This document shows, one piece after another, positions 19,648 through 30,295 of a DNA stretch of 64,000 nucleotides (positions are counted from its first letter, which is position 1; the number at the start of each line of letters is the position of its first letter). Below the pieces are notes generated by a model. It saw only the letters and a list, made by a program, of their open reading frames with translations. It was not told the origin of the DNA and searched no databases. The stretch is from contig OZ246007.1 of assembly GCA_965230515.1 (NCBI GenBank), positions 23,196 through 87,195 on the forward strand, given 5' to 3'. The stretch is from Pseudomonadales bacterium. GTDB taxonomy: Bacteria; Pseudomonadota; Gammaproteobacteria; Pseudomonadales; IMCC2047. The translations under genes and the position numbers were made by a program.

Positions 19648-20679
19648 ATGGAATATCCCCATTTCACAGTTACCGGGCAAAACCGTTCTGGGCGCTCGCT
19701 GTTCAGCTCAAATCCGTTGCAGAGCCGGATGCTTTGCAAGACGGATGATATTGATGAGTTAAGTCAGCATATCGGGCATGTACTCTTGCCCCACCATTGC
19801 AAGGTCTTAAGCAGTTCCAAAGGGGCGCATCGAGCGGTGTTCCATCACGCACCATTGTCCGATATTTCTGTTAACTACCTGCGTTATGGTGCAGAGGCGA
19901 GTGTCGACGTTGATCAATTGGGTTTCTTCCTGATTGAGGTTCCTGTATCCGGAGTATCAGAGACCTGGTATGGGAATGCGAAGGTGATTACCAATGCCGG
20001 TTCCGGTGTCGTTGCCAGCCCCTACCAGAAGTTTTCAACGCGCTGGAATGCTGAGTGCTCAAAATTACTGATTAAAATTAATCGATTGGCATTGGAACGC
20101 TACCTGAGCAAAATGCTGGGTTGTGATCTGCAAAAGCCATTGGATTTTGAGGTGGGTTTGGATCTCTTTTCACCGGAGAGTGCATCGCTCTGGCACATGG
20201 TGCAATGGTTGGTAGCCGAGCTTGAGAACGATCAGTCGCTACTGAATAATGCGCCTTTAGGTTACACGCAATATGAACAGATGTTGATGTGGGTGTTGCT
20301 CAATGCTCAACCGAATAATTATTCCACTGAACTGGCTTCGCGTACACCGGTTGCTGCGCCGCATTATGTGCATCGGGTGGAGGAGTATATAGACGCGCAC
20401 TGTGCCGAACCAATTACTTTAACGCAGTTGGTTGATATTTCGAGTGTTAGTGGCAGAACCCTGCTTGAAGGATTTAAAAAGCATAAAGGAACTTCGCCGA
20501 TGAAATATCTAAAGGCGGTTCGCATGGAGCGGGTTCACATAGACTTGAAGCAGTCCGAAGCGACAAATAGAAACGTTACTGAGATTGCGCTTGCCTGGGG
20601 CTTTACACAATTAGGTAAGTTTTCCGTAGAGTATAAGCAAAAATTTGGTGAATCCCCTTCCGATACACTAAAAAAATAA
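19648..20679 (+). CDS. AraC/XylS-family regulator
   Basis: N-terminal ligand domain; SGRTL.EGFK..KGTSPM.YL..VR; VTEIALAWGF.QLG.FS..YK..FGESPSDTL. Confidence 0.94.
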   Translation: MEYPHFTVTGQNRSGRSLFSSNPLQSRMLCKTDDIDELSQHIGHVLLPHHCKVLSSSKGAHRAVFHHAPLSDISVNYLRYGAEASVDVDQLGFFLIEVPVSGVSETWYGNAKVITNAGSGVVASPYQKFSTRWNAECSKLLIKINRLALERYLSKMLGCDLQKPLDFEVGLDLFSPESASLWHMVQWLVAELENDQSLLNNAPLGYTQYEQMLMWVLLNAQPNNYSTELASRTPVAAPHYVHRVEEYIDAHCAEPITLTQLVDISSVSGRTLLEGFKKHKGTSPMKYLKAVRMERVHIDLKQSEATNRNVTEIALAWGFTQLGKFSVEYKQKFGESPSDTLKK

Positions 20680-20957
20680 CGGTAAAATTAACAATAAAAT
20701 TATTTTAATTTTTCCCCGTATTGCTATCATATACAACTAAAGAGCACTGGATACAGGCCGTTGCCATTGTGGTTTCGATGCTGGCAATTTAGACCAAACC
20801 GGATCGGTATTGAACTTCCAATATGCCATTGATTTGCTAAAAGCATGAATAAAAGGTAATTTATCGCCTGATTTTTTAATGCTTTAATGAGCACAGACTT
20901 AAGTGATAACTTAATAACTGTTAATAAACACCCGTAAGGAAAAAGTAGGAATTAACT

Positions 20958-21203
20958 TTGACAGGTAATCTATTAAACCAAGGATTTACTTTGCTGATTT
21001 ATGGAATGGGCATGGTGTTTACGTTCCTTACGCTTTTGGTTATCGGAACGACCCTGATGTCTAAAATCATCGCAAAGCTATTTCCTGAGGCAGAGATAGA
21101 GCCGGTTTTGCAATCAGGCCGAACTACAGCGCAGACTGACGCACAGCTAACGGCTGTGATAACCGCTGCGATTCATCAGTATCGGTCACGAAAAAAAGAG
21201 TAA
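20958..21203 (+). CDS. oadG: Oxaloacetate decarboxylase gamma subunit
   Basis: GMGMVFTFL.LL transmembrane segment, AVITAAIHQYR; precedes oadA. Confidence 0.92.
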   Translation: MTGNLLNQGFTLLIYGMGMVFTFLTLLVIGTTLMSKIIAKLFPEAEIEPVLQSGRTTAQTDAQLTAVITAAIHQYRSRKKE

Positions 21204-21288
21204 CGGTTTATCAGTCTGAAAAGACCCTGTTAACCTTTTCGTTAGCGCAATTATTAATTTGGAATCAACAATCAGGACGCTTAATACC

Positions 21289-23079
21289 ATGAGTGATGTT
21301 AAAAAGCCGCTCGGAATAACTGATGTAGTGCTTCGTGATGCACATCAGTCTTTATTTGCAACCAGACTGCGTTTGGATGATATGTTACCCATCGCAGAAA
21401 AACTGGATAAGGTTGGGTTTTGGTCTCTTGAATCCTGGGGCGGCGCTACCTTTGACGCATGCATTCGCTATTTAGGCGAGGATCCCTGGGAGCGCATACG
21501 GGAACTGAAGGCTGCGATGCCGAACACGCCTCAGCAGATGCTGTTTCGGGGACAGAATATTCTGGGTTATCGTCATTATGCAGATGATGTGGTCGAAAAG
21601 TTTGTAGAACGGGCCGCGGTGAATGGGGTGGATGTATTTCGCGTATTTGATGCAATGAACGATATGCGTAACCTGGAAACTGCCATTAGAGCCGTTATAA
21701 AACAGGGTAAACATGCGCAGGGTACGATTTCCTATACTGTCAGTCCGGTGCACACCATGGATTTGTGGGTGGATCTTGGCAGGCAGTTGGAGGATATGGG
21801 TGCGCACTCCATCGCAATCAAGGATATGGCGGGATTGCTGCGACCCTACGAGGGTCACGAACTGGTCACGCGTCTGAAGAAAGCGGTTGATATACCTATA
21901 CATATGCAGTGCCATGCAACCACAGGACTTTCCACTTCAACCATTGTTAAATGTGTGGAAGCGGGCATCGATAACGTGGACACTGCGATCTCTTCGATGA
22001 GTATGACCTATGGTCACTCTCCGACCGAGTCTGTGGTCGCAATTTTTGAGGGAACGGAATACGACACTGGCTTAGATATTAACCTGCTGGAAGAGATTGC
22101 TGGTTACTTCAGAGAAGTGCGTAAAAAATATGCGAAATTTGAGGGTTCTCTTAGGGGTACCGATTCGCGCATTCTTGTTGCTCAGGTTCCGGGTGGCATG
22201 TTAACCAATATGGAAAACCAGCTTCGAGAGCAGGGGGCTGCGGACAAATTGGATGAGGTGTTGGAGGAGATTCCCCGAGTCAGGAAGGATCTAGGTTACA
22301 TACCTCTGGTGACCCCGACATCCCAGATTGTTGGGACTCAATCAGTAATTAACATTTTAACAGGCGAGCGTTACAAATCTATCTCCAAGGAAACTGCCGG
22401 AGTGCTGAAGGGTGAATATGGAGCTACACCGGCACCAATGAATACTGAGTTGCAGGCAAAAGTACTGGACGGCGCTGAGGCGATCACCTGTCGACCTGCC
22501 GATCTTCTCCAGCCGGAGCTGCAAAAGTTGACCGATGAATTAACTGAACTGGCTGACAAGGACTCCATTAAACTCGCTACAGAGTCCGTTGATGATGTGC
22601 TGACCTATGCATTGTTCCCCCAGATAGGGCTGAAGTTCCTGACAAACCGGGGTGATGCGTCTGCATTTGAGCCGGCTCCGACGGGACAGGAGGACCAACC
22701 TCAACCCCAGGAAGTGGTCACGAAAGCAGTTTCCGGGGCCGAAGTCTATACGGTATCAGTGAATGGCGAGCGTTACGTTGTTGAAGTTGCTGAAGGTGGA
22801 GAGTTGGAGTCGGTGCAGCCGGTCACACAATCCGCACCGCCTGCGGCCACACCACACTCGGGAGAGGTGGAGGCCATTACTGCGCCTTTGGCGGGCAATA
22901 TATTTAAAGTTAACGTTGGTCCTGGTGATCATGTCCAGCAGGGCGATGTCATCATTATCCTTGAAGCGATGAAAATGGAAACGGAAGTTCGGGCTGCTCA
23001 CGCCGGGACCGTTGCAGATGTGATGGTCAAGGTCGGTGATAGCGTCGCAGTGGGTAACCCCCTCCTTACACTCAGCTAA
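21289..23079 (+). CDS. oadA: Oxaloacetate decarboxylase alpha subunit
   Basis: [29 protein letters not shown], biotinyl EAMKM; start placed at ATG 21289. Confidence 0.97.
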   Translation: MSDVKKPLGITDVVLRDAHQSLFATRLRLDDMLPIAEKLDKVGFWSLESWGGATFDACIRYLGEDPWERIRELKAAMPNTPQQMLFRGQNILGYRHYADDVVEKFVERAAVNGVDVFRVFDAMNDMRNLETAIRAVIKQGKHAQGTISYTVSPVHTMDLWVDLGRQLEDMGAHSIAIKDMAGLLRPYEGHELVTRLKKAVDIPIHMQCHATTGLSTSTIVKCVEAGIDNVDTAISSMSMTYGHSPTESVVAIFEGTEYDTGLDINLLEEIAGYFREVRKKYAKFEGSLRGTDSRILVAQVPGGMLTNMENQLREQGAADKLDEVLEEIPRVRKDLGYIPLVTPTSQIVGTQSVINILTGERYKSISKETAGVLKGEYGATPAPMNTELQAKVLDGAEAITCRPADLLQPELQKLTDELTELADKDSIKLATESVDDVLTYALFPQIGLKFLTNRGDASAFEPAPTGQEDQPQPQEVVTKAVSGAEVYTVSVNGERYVVEVAEGGELESVQPVTQSAPPAATPHSGEVEAITAPLAGNIFKVNVGPGDHVQQGDVIIILEAMKMETEVRAAHAGTVADVMVKVGDSVAVGNPLLTLS

Positions 23080-23098
23080 GATTCAGGTATAAGACTTT

Positions 23099-24268
23099 AT
23101 GGAACCACTACTTGGGTTGTGGCTGGATTCGGGACTAAGTCAAATTGGTGCCGGTCAGGTTTTTATGATGGCTATCGGCCTGCTATTGCTGTTCCTGGCC
23201 ATTCGCAAAGGCTTTGAACCGCTGTTATTGGTGCCGATTGGCTTTGGGGCTATTTTGGTCAATGTTCCCGGTGCCGGATTTAGTGATGCACCGGTTTACG
23301 ATAGTCTGGGCCACCTGTTGTCTCCGGGAGGTATGCTCTACTATATTTATAATATTGGTATCGCCACGGGTGTTTTTCCTTTGGTGATCTTTATGGGGGT
23401 CGGTGCGATGACCGACTTCGGCCCGTTGCTGGCCAATCCAAAAACGCTATTTTTGGGTGCAGCTGCACAATTTGGTATTTTTGCCACGGTGTTGGGTGCT
23501 GTCGGGCTCTCGGTGTCGGGGTTGATGGATTTCTCAATTGCCGATGCGGCGGCGATCGGGATTATCGGGGGTGCAGATGGCCCAACTGCAATTTTTGTCT
23601 CCAGCAAGCTAGCACCTGATTTACTCGGAGCAATAGCGGTAGCGGCATACTCTTATATGGCGCTGGTGCCGATGATACAGCCACCGATTATGCGTGCGCT
23701 GACTTCCAAGTCCGAACGTGAAATCGAGATGAAACAGCTGCGCCATGTTTCACGACGGGAAAAAATCACCTTTCCGTTAGTGGTATTGATTCTGGTCGCA
23801 ATGTTTTTGCCCAGCGCGGCACCACTGCTGGGGATGTTTTGTTTTGGTAACCTGATGCGCGAATGCGGTGTTGTTGATCGTTTGAGCGATACTACGCAGA
23901 ATGCCCTGATCAACATAGTCACCATTTTTCTGGGGCTCGGTGTTGGCTCCAAGCTCAGTGCAGATAAATTTTTGGATCTCAAAACGCTCGGAATCCTGTC
24001 TTTGGGAATGGTAGCTTTTTGTATTGGTACAGCAGCCGGTGTGATCATGGCCAAGATGATGAATAAGCTCTCGAAAAACCCAATCAACCCGCTGATCGGG
24101 GCGGCCGGTGTATCAGCGGTGCCAATGGCTGCCCGCGTTGCCAATAAAGTGGGCCTCGAGGCTAACCCGAATAACTATCTGCTGATGCATGCTATGGGTC
24201 CCAATGTGGCCGGTGTGATCGGTTCTGCTGTAGCAGCTGGTGTGATGATCAGTATGGTGGGCGGTTAG
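23099..24268 (+). CDS. oadB: Na+-translocating oxaloacetate decarboxylase beta subunit
   Basis: [47 protein letters not shown]. Confidence 0.97.
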   Translation: MEPLLGLWLDSGLSQIGAGQVFMMAIGLLLLFLAIRKGFEPLLLVPIGFGAILVNVPGAGFSDAPVYDSLGHLLSPGGMLYYIYNIGIATGVFPLVIFMGVGAMTDFGPLLANPKTLFLGAAAQFGIFATVLGAVGLSVSGLMDFSIADAAAIGIIGGADGPTAIFVSSKLAPDLLGAIAVAAYSYMALVPMIQPPIMRALTSKSEREIEMKQLRHVSRREKITFPLVVLILVAMFLPSAAPLLGMFCFGNLMRECGVVDRLSDTTQNALINIVTIFLGLGVGSKLSADKFLDLKTLGILSLGMVAFCIGTAAGVIMAKMMNKLSKNPINPLIGAAGVSAVPMAARVANKVGLEANPNNYLLMHAMGPNVAGVIGSAVAAGVMISMVGG

Positions 24269-24396
24269 CCTCTCCATTCGTTTAACAGTGGTAAGTCAGT
24301 TAGTGTAGGAGCGGCAAGGTGCCGGATATACCAAAGGGGTGCTTTTAAAACATCCCCCTCTCGTCTATTACCCTCATTTTACGGTAAGCTTGCATT

Positions 24397-25857
24397 ATGG
24401 AAATTTTAACCACGCTCAGTTTGCCTATACAGTTATTACTTTGTACGCTGGCAGGATTGCTGTTTGGCATCCTGTTAAGCTGGCTGGTAACCCGCAGTCG
24501 GCGTATGGTACTTGAGCAGAAGCTGGAATCAGCGACACAGGAACTAGTTGCATCACAGGGTTTGATTAGTCATCTGGAAGGTGATTTAGCGGATGCAAAA
24601 AGAGGTTTGAGTGAAGCGCAAACCTCTCTTGTTGAAGTGAATACACGATTGGAGTTTCTTGATAAACAGTATAACGAACTTGCTCAACGAGAGGCAGATA
24701 CGGTACAGGAGTTAAAGGGGCTGCGGCAGGACAAGGTTGGACTGGAGACGCGTCTGGATGCAGAGCGAAAACAGGCAGAGGAAAAACTGGCGATTTTGAA
24801 TGAAGCCAAGGAAAAGCTGACCCACGAGTTTAAGAATCTGGCAAATGATATTCTGGAAGAGAAGAGTAGTAAGTTTACAGAGTTAAACAAGGTCAATATT
24901 GAGTCGGTTCTTAAGCCTCTAAGCGGGCAAATCAAGGATTTTCAAAAGCGTGTCGAAGATACCTATGATAAGGAATCCAAGGACCGGTTTTCGTTGGTTC
25001 GTGAGATTCGCGGTTTGCAGGAGTTGAATAGCCGGATTAGCGAAGATGCTGTTAATCTGACTAATGCGCTCAAAGGGGAGAGTAAAACACAGGGTACGTG
25101 GGGTGAACTTAAGTTAGAGCGTATTTTGGAAGCTTCCGGCCTTGTTAAAGGCAGGGAATATGATGTGCAGGTCAGTATGAAAAATGATTCAGGAGCTCGC
25201 CTGCAGCCTGATGTTGTCGTTCATTTGCCTGATCAGAAAGATGTCATCATTGACTCAAAAGTAACGTTGACCGCATACCACCGTTATGTGTCGGTAGATA
25301 CCGAAGAGGAGAGACAGGTAGAGGCAGTTAAGCATCTGCAGTCGCTACAGAAACATATCAAAGACCTGGGCAGTAAAGATTATCAGAATCTTCCTGACGT
25401 GCGTACTCTGGATTTTGTATTACTGTTCCTGCCTGTGGAAGACGCATTTAATCTGGCGGTACAGAGAGATCCTGACCTTTTCAGTAAGGCGTTTGAAAAG
25501 AATATTATTCTGGTTGGACCTTCGACCCTGCTTGCAACTCTGAGAACAATTCAACATATCTGGCGTAACGAGTACCAATCGCAAAATGCGCAGGAGATCG
25601 CCAAGCGATCGGGTGATCTGTACGATAAATTTGTCAATTTTGTTGCAGATCTGGAGGAGGTTGGTCAGCGCCTTGATAAGGCACAGGATGCCTACGATAA
25701 GGCACATAACAAGCTTTCTTCCGGGCGTGGAAATCTGGTAAATCGTGCAGAAACGCTGAAAAAACTGGGAGCCAAGACCAGCAAAAATTTACCACAGAAG
25801 TTGCTGGATCAAAGTGATCAGGGATTACAGGTGGTAGAGCTGAATGATAAACAGTAG
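24397..25857 (+). CDS. rmuC: DNA recombination protein RmuC
   Basis: N-terminal TM and coiled coil, K.QG.WGE..LERILE.SGL, PDVVVHLP, IIDSK. Confidence 0.94.
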   Translation: MEILTTLSLPIQLLLCTLAGLLFGILLSWLVTRSRRMVLEQKLESATQELVASQGLISHLEGDLADAKRGLSEAQTSLVEVNTRLEFLDKQYNELAQREADTVQELKGLRQDKVGLETRLDAERKQAEEKLAILNEAKEKLTHEFKNLANDILEEKSSKFTELNKVNIESVLKPLSGQIKDFQKRVEDTYDKESKDRFSLVREIRGLQELNSRISEDAVNLTNALKGESKTQGTWGELKLERILEASGLVKGREYDVQVSMKNDSGARLQPDVVVHLPDQKDVIIDSKVTLTAYHRYVSVDTEEERQVEAVKHLQSLQKHIKDLGSKDYQNLPDVRTLDFVLLFLPVEDAFNLAVQRDPDLFSKAFEKNIILVGPSTLLATLRTIQHIWRNEYQSQNAQEIAKRSGDLYDKFVNFVADLEEVGQRLDKAQDAYDKAHNKLSSGRGNLVNRAETLKKLGAKTSKNLPQKLLDQSDQGLQVVELNDKQ

Positions 25858-26180
25858 CCCGGATTTGGCACCGCAGTGGTGTTTTTTAGTAGTTACCCCT
25901 TGGCTCAGGACAGTGCGATAGTCGTAGGGTGCATATCTATTTTTTTGAACAGCCCAGTCGCCTGTATCACTTAGCAGGAATAGCTAACCCCGTTATTCAC
26001 TGAGCACCACTCTTGCGTCACTTACTTTCAGTCTATTGATCCACAATCATGATTTTTCTGTCAGTTAATGACTATATTTTTGGTTTACGCGCGAGTATTT
26101 TTATTCTTCGTCTATACTTCGTAGATAACGTACTTTTGGCTGCGGGTTTATTGCTGCGTGTTTAAATGGTCAGGTAATCC

Positions 26181-27425
26181 ATGGTATTGAAGCAGGACAA
26201 ACATTTTGCGGAGGCTGTTTTCTTTTTCAAAGGGAAAGAGGTCATCAAGGAGCTTCTTTATGTTGAATTTGATGCAGTACTGGAAAGTGTTGTTGGTATA
26301 CCCGAGTTTGCCAATGGAGAGTATGTGGCCGCTTATGTGACAGTTGGCTCTTATCTGACCACACATTCGGTGGTGCTATTCAAAATTCAGTTTGACCAGG
26401 ATGGGCATGTTGAAAAGTCCTGGAACCTGCCTCTGCATGCTCTAGCAAGAGACGCGGTTCTCGGGCCTGATCTTGGGCAGGGTAGTATCCTGGTGTTAAC
26501 ACGCAGTAACTGTGATAACGAGCATAAAAATGATTTGTGGGCACCGGGTAAGAATGAAATCGCTATTCTGACCGCTATTCGTGATGCGGTTAAGCGTAAT
26601 AAGCTGGGGATATATGATGGTGGTGATCGCCGTCGCTATGGAGCAGACGGATTGCGCTTTGGTGTGCCTGATTTTGAGCTTGAGGAAGAACTGGTCGACG
26701 ATAACGATGATTACAAAAAAGACCTGATTACAAATATTGAAAAAACACTCAAGCACAAGTATGACGACAAGATAAAAAAAATGCATCAGCATCGTGATGA
26801 GGTGGTTAATCAGCTGGAGTCACAAATCAAAGTGCTGGAAAATCAAGCGGCAGATCTTAAAAAACAGATCTCTGCGCTAGAGAAAGAAGGTAAAGTGCAT
26901 GTGGATGCGATTGCCGAAAAGTATAAAAAGAAAATGGATAAAAAACTGGCTCAGCTGAAGGATAGCTTGACCCAGGAACTGGATACAAAGGCGTTGGAAC
27001 TGCACTATAGCCAGGATTCTGAAATACAGGCACAGGAAGAGATTTGCCAGTTAAAAGAGAGTATCGAAGGTGAAAAACGGCAGGCAGTGAATGGTTTTTT
27101 AATGAGCTTGCTGGGTGCCGGTGTTGAGTTGATTGTTACACGGTCAGGAATTGGTAGCTATAGTCTTAAACCCGAGCAGGTGGACCCCTATCTGGAGAGC
27201 GCGACAGAGTTTTGGGCCAAGCAACTGGGTGTTACCGAAATCCAGTACAGCACCTGGTATGAGCACTACCAAAATCCGGTATGTCAGGCAGGAAATGCAG
27301 CGGACTGCTCTTGCGGTGAGCCCTTAACGCGTGTTGATCACCCACAGGATTTCGTCTCCGGATATAGTGATCTGTGCCAGGCACATCAACTGAAACAGTC
27401 GAAAGATGTTGTGCAGGGGTATTAG
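26181..27425 (+). CDS. Conserved hypothetical protein with long coiled coil and C-terminal Cys/His cluster
   Basis: 414-aa ORF with a K/E-rich heptad region and CQAG...CSCG...CQAH. Confidence 0.8.
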   Translation: MVLKQDKHFAEAVFFFKGKEVIKELLYVEFDAVLESVVGIPEFANGEYVAAYVTVGSYLTTHSVVLFKIQFDQDGHVEKSWNLPLHALARDAVLGPDLGQGSILVLTRSNCDNEHKNDLWAPGKNEIAILTAIRDAVKRNKLGIYDGGDRRRYGADGLRFGVPDFELEEELVDDNDDYKKDLITNIEKTLKHKYDDKIKKMHQHRDEVVNQLESQIKVLENQAADLKKQISALEKEGKVHVDAIAEKYKKKMDKKLAQLKDSLTQELDTKALELHYSQDSEIQAQEEICQLKESIEGEKRQAVNGFLMSLLGAGVELIVTRSGIGSYSLKPEQVDPYLESATEFWAKQLGVTEIQYSTWYEHYQNPVCQAGNAADCSCGEPLTRVDHPQDFVSGYSDLCQAHQLKQSKDVVQGY

Positions 27426-27445
27426 AACACCTTTTTTTGGTCGCG

Positions 27446-28157
27446 CTATGCCAGGTATTTTGTTGCACTTCCCCAGAGAAAGCAGGCATCCGGATAGATG
27501 AAGTTTTTGAAGGGGGTGCGCAATGTGCTCACCTTCATGGCTTGAGGTTTTTTTCGACTACAGTGCCTGCCATAGATTGTTCTTTTGGAGATTGCAGACT
27601 TTTTTAGCTCTAAAAGCCGGCCAAAGCGTTGATTTCCATATGGGTCTGCTTCTGTGCCCAGAATTCTCAAATTGCTATTGGGACCTGATTCAAGTGAACG
27701 GCCTTTGTTTTCAGTCTTCGATGACCAGATAGTGTTATTCAGCTTATCTATAATACGAAGTGATCCGTTTTCATCAAAACACAGTTTACGTTTGCTCTCC
27801 CCTTCGTCTTTTGTTCATGTATTGGTTGCCCACACAGCGCGGTACCGCTTCTTTTTACTTTTTTGGGGATTTGATAGAGGACCAGATTGCCTTCATCCAG
27901 CAGGCAGAGACTTTTTCTGCTATGTTGAGTTTAGGATTGCCACAGAATTTCGTTGCCGTAAGCTTCCTTGAGTTTTAGTGTCAGGTTACCATTTGGTTGC
28001 CAGTCGAGGGCGGCAAGGTCGTTTCCCAAAATAGTTTGAGGTTGATCTTTGGTCAAACAGCTTACAGGCTCAAACGCGAAGGTGGGCTGTGCGTAGCTAG
28101 CGACGATGCTGATGAATAGAGTTGTATAGAGTCTAAAAGATATTTTTATCGCGACAT
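27446..28157 (-). pseudogene. Degraded secreted bulb-type (GNA/B-) lectin-domain gene
   Basis: Hand translation gives a signal-like segment, then WQPNGNLTL..ILWQS*, LLDEGNLVLY..ALWATNT*, FDENGSLRII..TIWSSKT. Stops at 27931-27933 and 27815-27817, a TG slip near 27833, and a broken start. Confidence 0.72.
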
Positions 28158-28350
28158 GGTCTATGATTCTTCATACGATAGAGACTGATTATCACTGTAG
28201 AAAGCGCTTTTCTTATTGCAAGCTGGCATTATACATAGTGCCGTAGCGGTTCCAAGCCAGATAATCATGCCTGGTCAATATTATTGGTATGTGGGGCCCA
28301 TCGGTTAACGGCTGGATCAAGATGAAACCGCGTAAAGAGGTGGTGCCGGA

Positions 28351-29298
28351 GTGAAAAGTCGGTCGGTAAATGATTTGTTAGAGGAGGTCCATCATCCGCT
28401 GCTCGCACAAAAGAAGGTTCGACTGCTGATCAGTCGTGAGGATTTGCAGCATCCGCAAATATCAGGGAATAAGTGGTACAAGCTGAAACACAATATAGCG
28501 CAGGCTAAAGCAAGCGGTGTGCGTCGGTTGGTCAGTTTTGGCGGTGCCTACTCAAACCACCTGCATGCGCTGGCTTATGCCGGCCAGTTGAATGATATGG
28601 AGACAGTGGGTTTGGTTCGCGGGGAGCTGATTGAACCCTTGAATGCAACTTTGAGTGATGCTGTTCAGTGGGGAATGAAGCTGATTGCGGTGTCTAGAGC
28701 AGAGTACCGTTCGCGCCATGATGCCAGTGCTATGCAACGGTTTGCAGCACCCTTTATGCCCTGTATGGTGATTCCGGAAGGCGGTGCTAATTGTCTGGCC
28801 GTTAGAGGTTGTTCGAAAATCGCACAAAATATTGAAACACAGATGGAGGATGTTGATTACCTTTGTGTTCCCTGTGGCACAGGGGCTACGCTTGCCGGTC
28901 TGGTTTCCGGGTTGACCAATAGTAACACACAGGTTTTGGGGTTTAGTGCGTTGAAAGGGTTGCTGGATATCGAAGAGAAGGTAGCAAAGCTTTTGTGTTC
29001 AGTGAATGCCGGTATGGATATCTCATGGCAAATCAATCATCAATACCATTGCGGCGGATTTGCCCGCGTTTCGCCGGAGCTGGTGAGCTTTCTGGATGAG
29101 TGGCAAGCGTTCTCAGACATACCCCTAGAGCCAATTTATACAGGTAAAATGCTGTTTGGACTGTTCCAGTTAATTGAGGCGGACTATTTTCCTGGAGGGA
29201 GCAATATTGTTGCGATCCACACGGGGGGGTTGCAGGGTCGAAGGGGTATGGAGCATAAAATGGCTCGAATGAGAGAGCCGGCCAGGACAGCGCGCTAA
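28351..29298 (+). CDS. ACC deaminase / D-cysteine desulfhydrase family PLP enzyme
   Basis: ISGNKWYKL, SFGGAYSNHLHALA, IPEGG, CGTGATLAG, LEPIYTGK, IHTGGLQG. Confidence 0.92.
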   Translation: MKSRSVNDLLEEVHHPLLAQKKVRLLISREDLQHPQISGNKWYKLKHNIAQAKASGVRRLVSFGGAYSNHLHALAYAGQLNDMETVGLVRGELIEPLNATLSDAVQWGMKLIAVSRAEYRSRHDASAMQRFAAPFMPCMVIPEGGANCLAVRGCSKIAQNIETQMEDVDYLCVPCGTGATLAGLVSGLTNSNTQVLGFSALKGLLDIEEKVAKLLCSVNAGMDISWQINHQYHCGGFARVSPELVSFLDEWQAFSDIPLEPIYTGKMLFGLFQLIEADYFPGGSNIVAIHTGGLQGRRGMEHKMARMREPARTAR

Positions 29299-30188
29299 TA
29301 TCCGGCCCAGTTGTCAGGGGTGATAAAGTAGCGCCGGGATTCCTGATACCCCTTCGGTGTTGGCACTAAATCTACCACCATTTTTGGAAACTGGTTGGAC
29401 GCAAAGTATTCGCATAACTGCTCGTATAATTCACCGCTACTCAAAACCTTTTTATGATTATCTACTGAGATTGGTGCGAGCCAGGAGGCTTTATCGACGA
29501 CCAACCAAAACCTGCTATCCAGTAGCGAATGAAAATCCTTAATGGAAAGCCAATACCCCTTTAAATGCTGATCATTAGCGTTATTGGGCGGCTGACTTAG
29601 TTCTGCGAATGGATAAAAAAAGTAGCCCTTGAGGCAGATTTCCGGGGAGATCATTTGAATGCCTAAATTTGCAATTTCAGCAGCTCCCGCATCGGTTCTA
29701 GAGAGCTGAGACTGCTTATACAGTAGTTTATCCAGTTTCAGGTTCAGACGGTCTTTTTTGCCTGGACCTACCCATTGGCTCCAGGAGCCTGTTTTGCCAC
29801 TGTTATCAGGTATGCCGAGATAGAATTTTACAGCGGTTTCCAGATGATAGTGTTTTTTACGGTGGTGACAGAAATAGATAAAATCAAACTCACCCAGGGT
29901 CACACCGTTGGCACGCACCGGGAGGTTGTGAGCAATAAGATCGAACGACTCATGTTGCTGCAGAACATATCGCCACAGAGCTTCGAAGTAGATTCCCAAT
30001 CGTTTTGAGCCAAGCGGTTGAAGGTGCTCGATTAACGGCTGTTGATGAAAGGTATCGCTTGCCCAGCGAACCAGATTTTCGTCTGTTGCTATGCCACAGT
30101 GTACGTCAGGATGAGTCATTAGCTGAGGACTGGACAGTGTCCATATTAAATCCTGATGCAGCTTCTCAGTGTCTAACTGATAAAACAC
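29295..30188 (-). CDS. DUF1853-family protein (PD-(D/E)XK-like)
   Basis: RLGIYFEALW, TLGEFDF, HLETAVKFYL, W.GP...DRL..K; usual position opposite nadK. Confidence 0.82.
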   Translation of the reverse strand: MFYQLDTEKLHQDLIWTLSSPQLMTHPDVHCGIATDENLVRWASDTFHQQPLIEHLQPLGSKRLGIYFEALWRYVLQQHESFDLIAHNLPVRANGVTLGEFDFIYFCHHRKKHYHLETAVKFYLGIPDNSGKTGSWSQWVGPGKKDRLNLKLDKLLYKQSQLSRTDAGAAEIANLGIQMISPEICLKGYFFYPFAELSQPPNNANDQHLKGYWLSIKDFHSLLDSRFWLVVDKASWLAPISVDNHKKVLSSGELYEQLCEYFASNQFPKMVVDLVPTPKGYQESRRYFITPDNWAGY

Positions 30189-30295
30189 GAATTATTCCAG
30201 GGAGTCTATTACTTTGAGATACGTCAGCGATCACTATATCATACAGTCCATATGGCCAAAGCAGCCTTTTGTTTGAGAACGGGATAATAGTCTGA

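Noticed and set aside
26181-27425. Possible ParA/SMC-type ATPase
   Set aside because: No Walker A/B motifs; only the coiled coil resembles these proteins.
27374-27978. Several 70-105 aa ORFs in the gap after 27425
   Set aside because: They have no protein-like features and are better explained as fragments or antisense frames of the lectin pseudogene.
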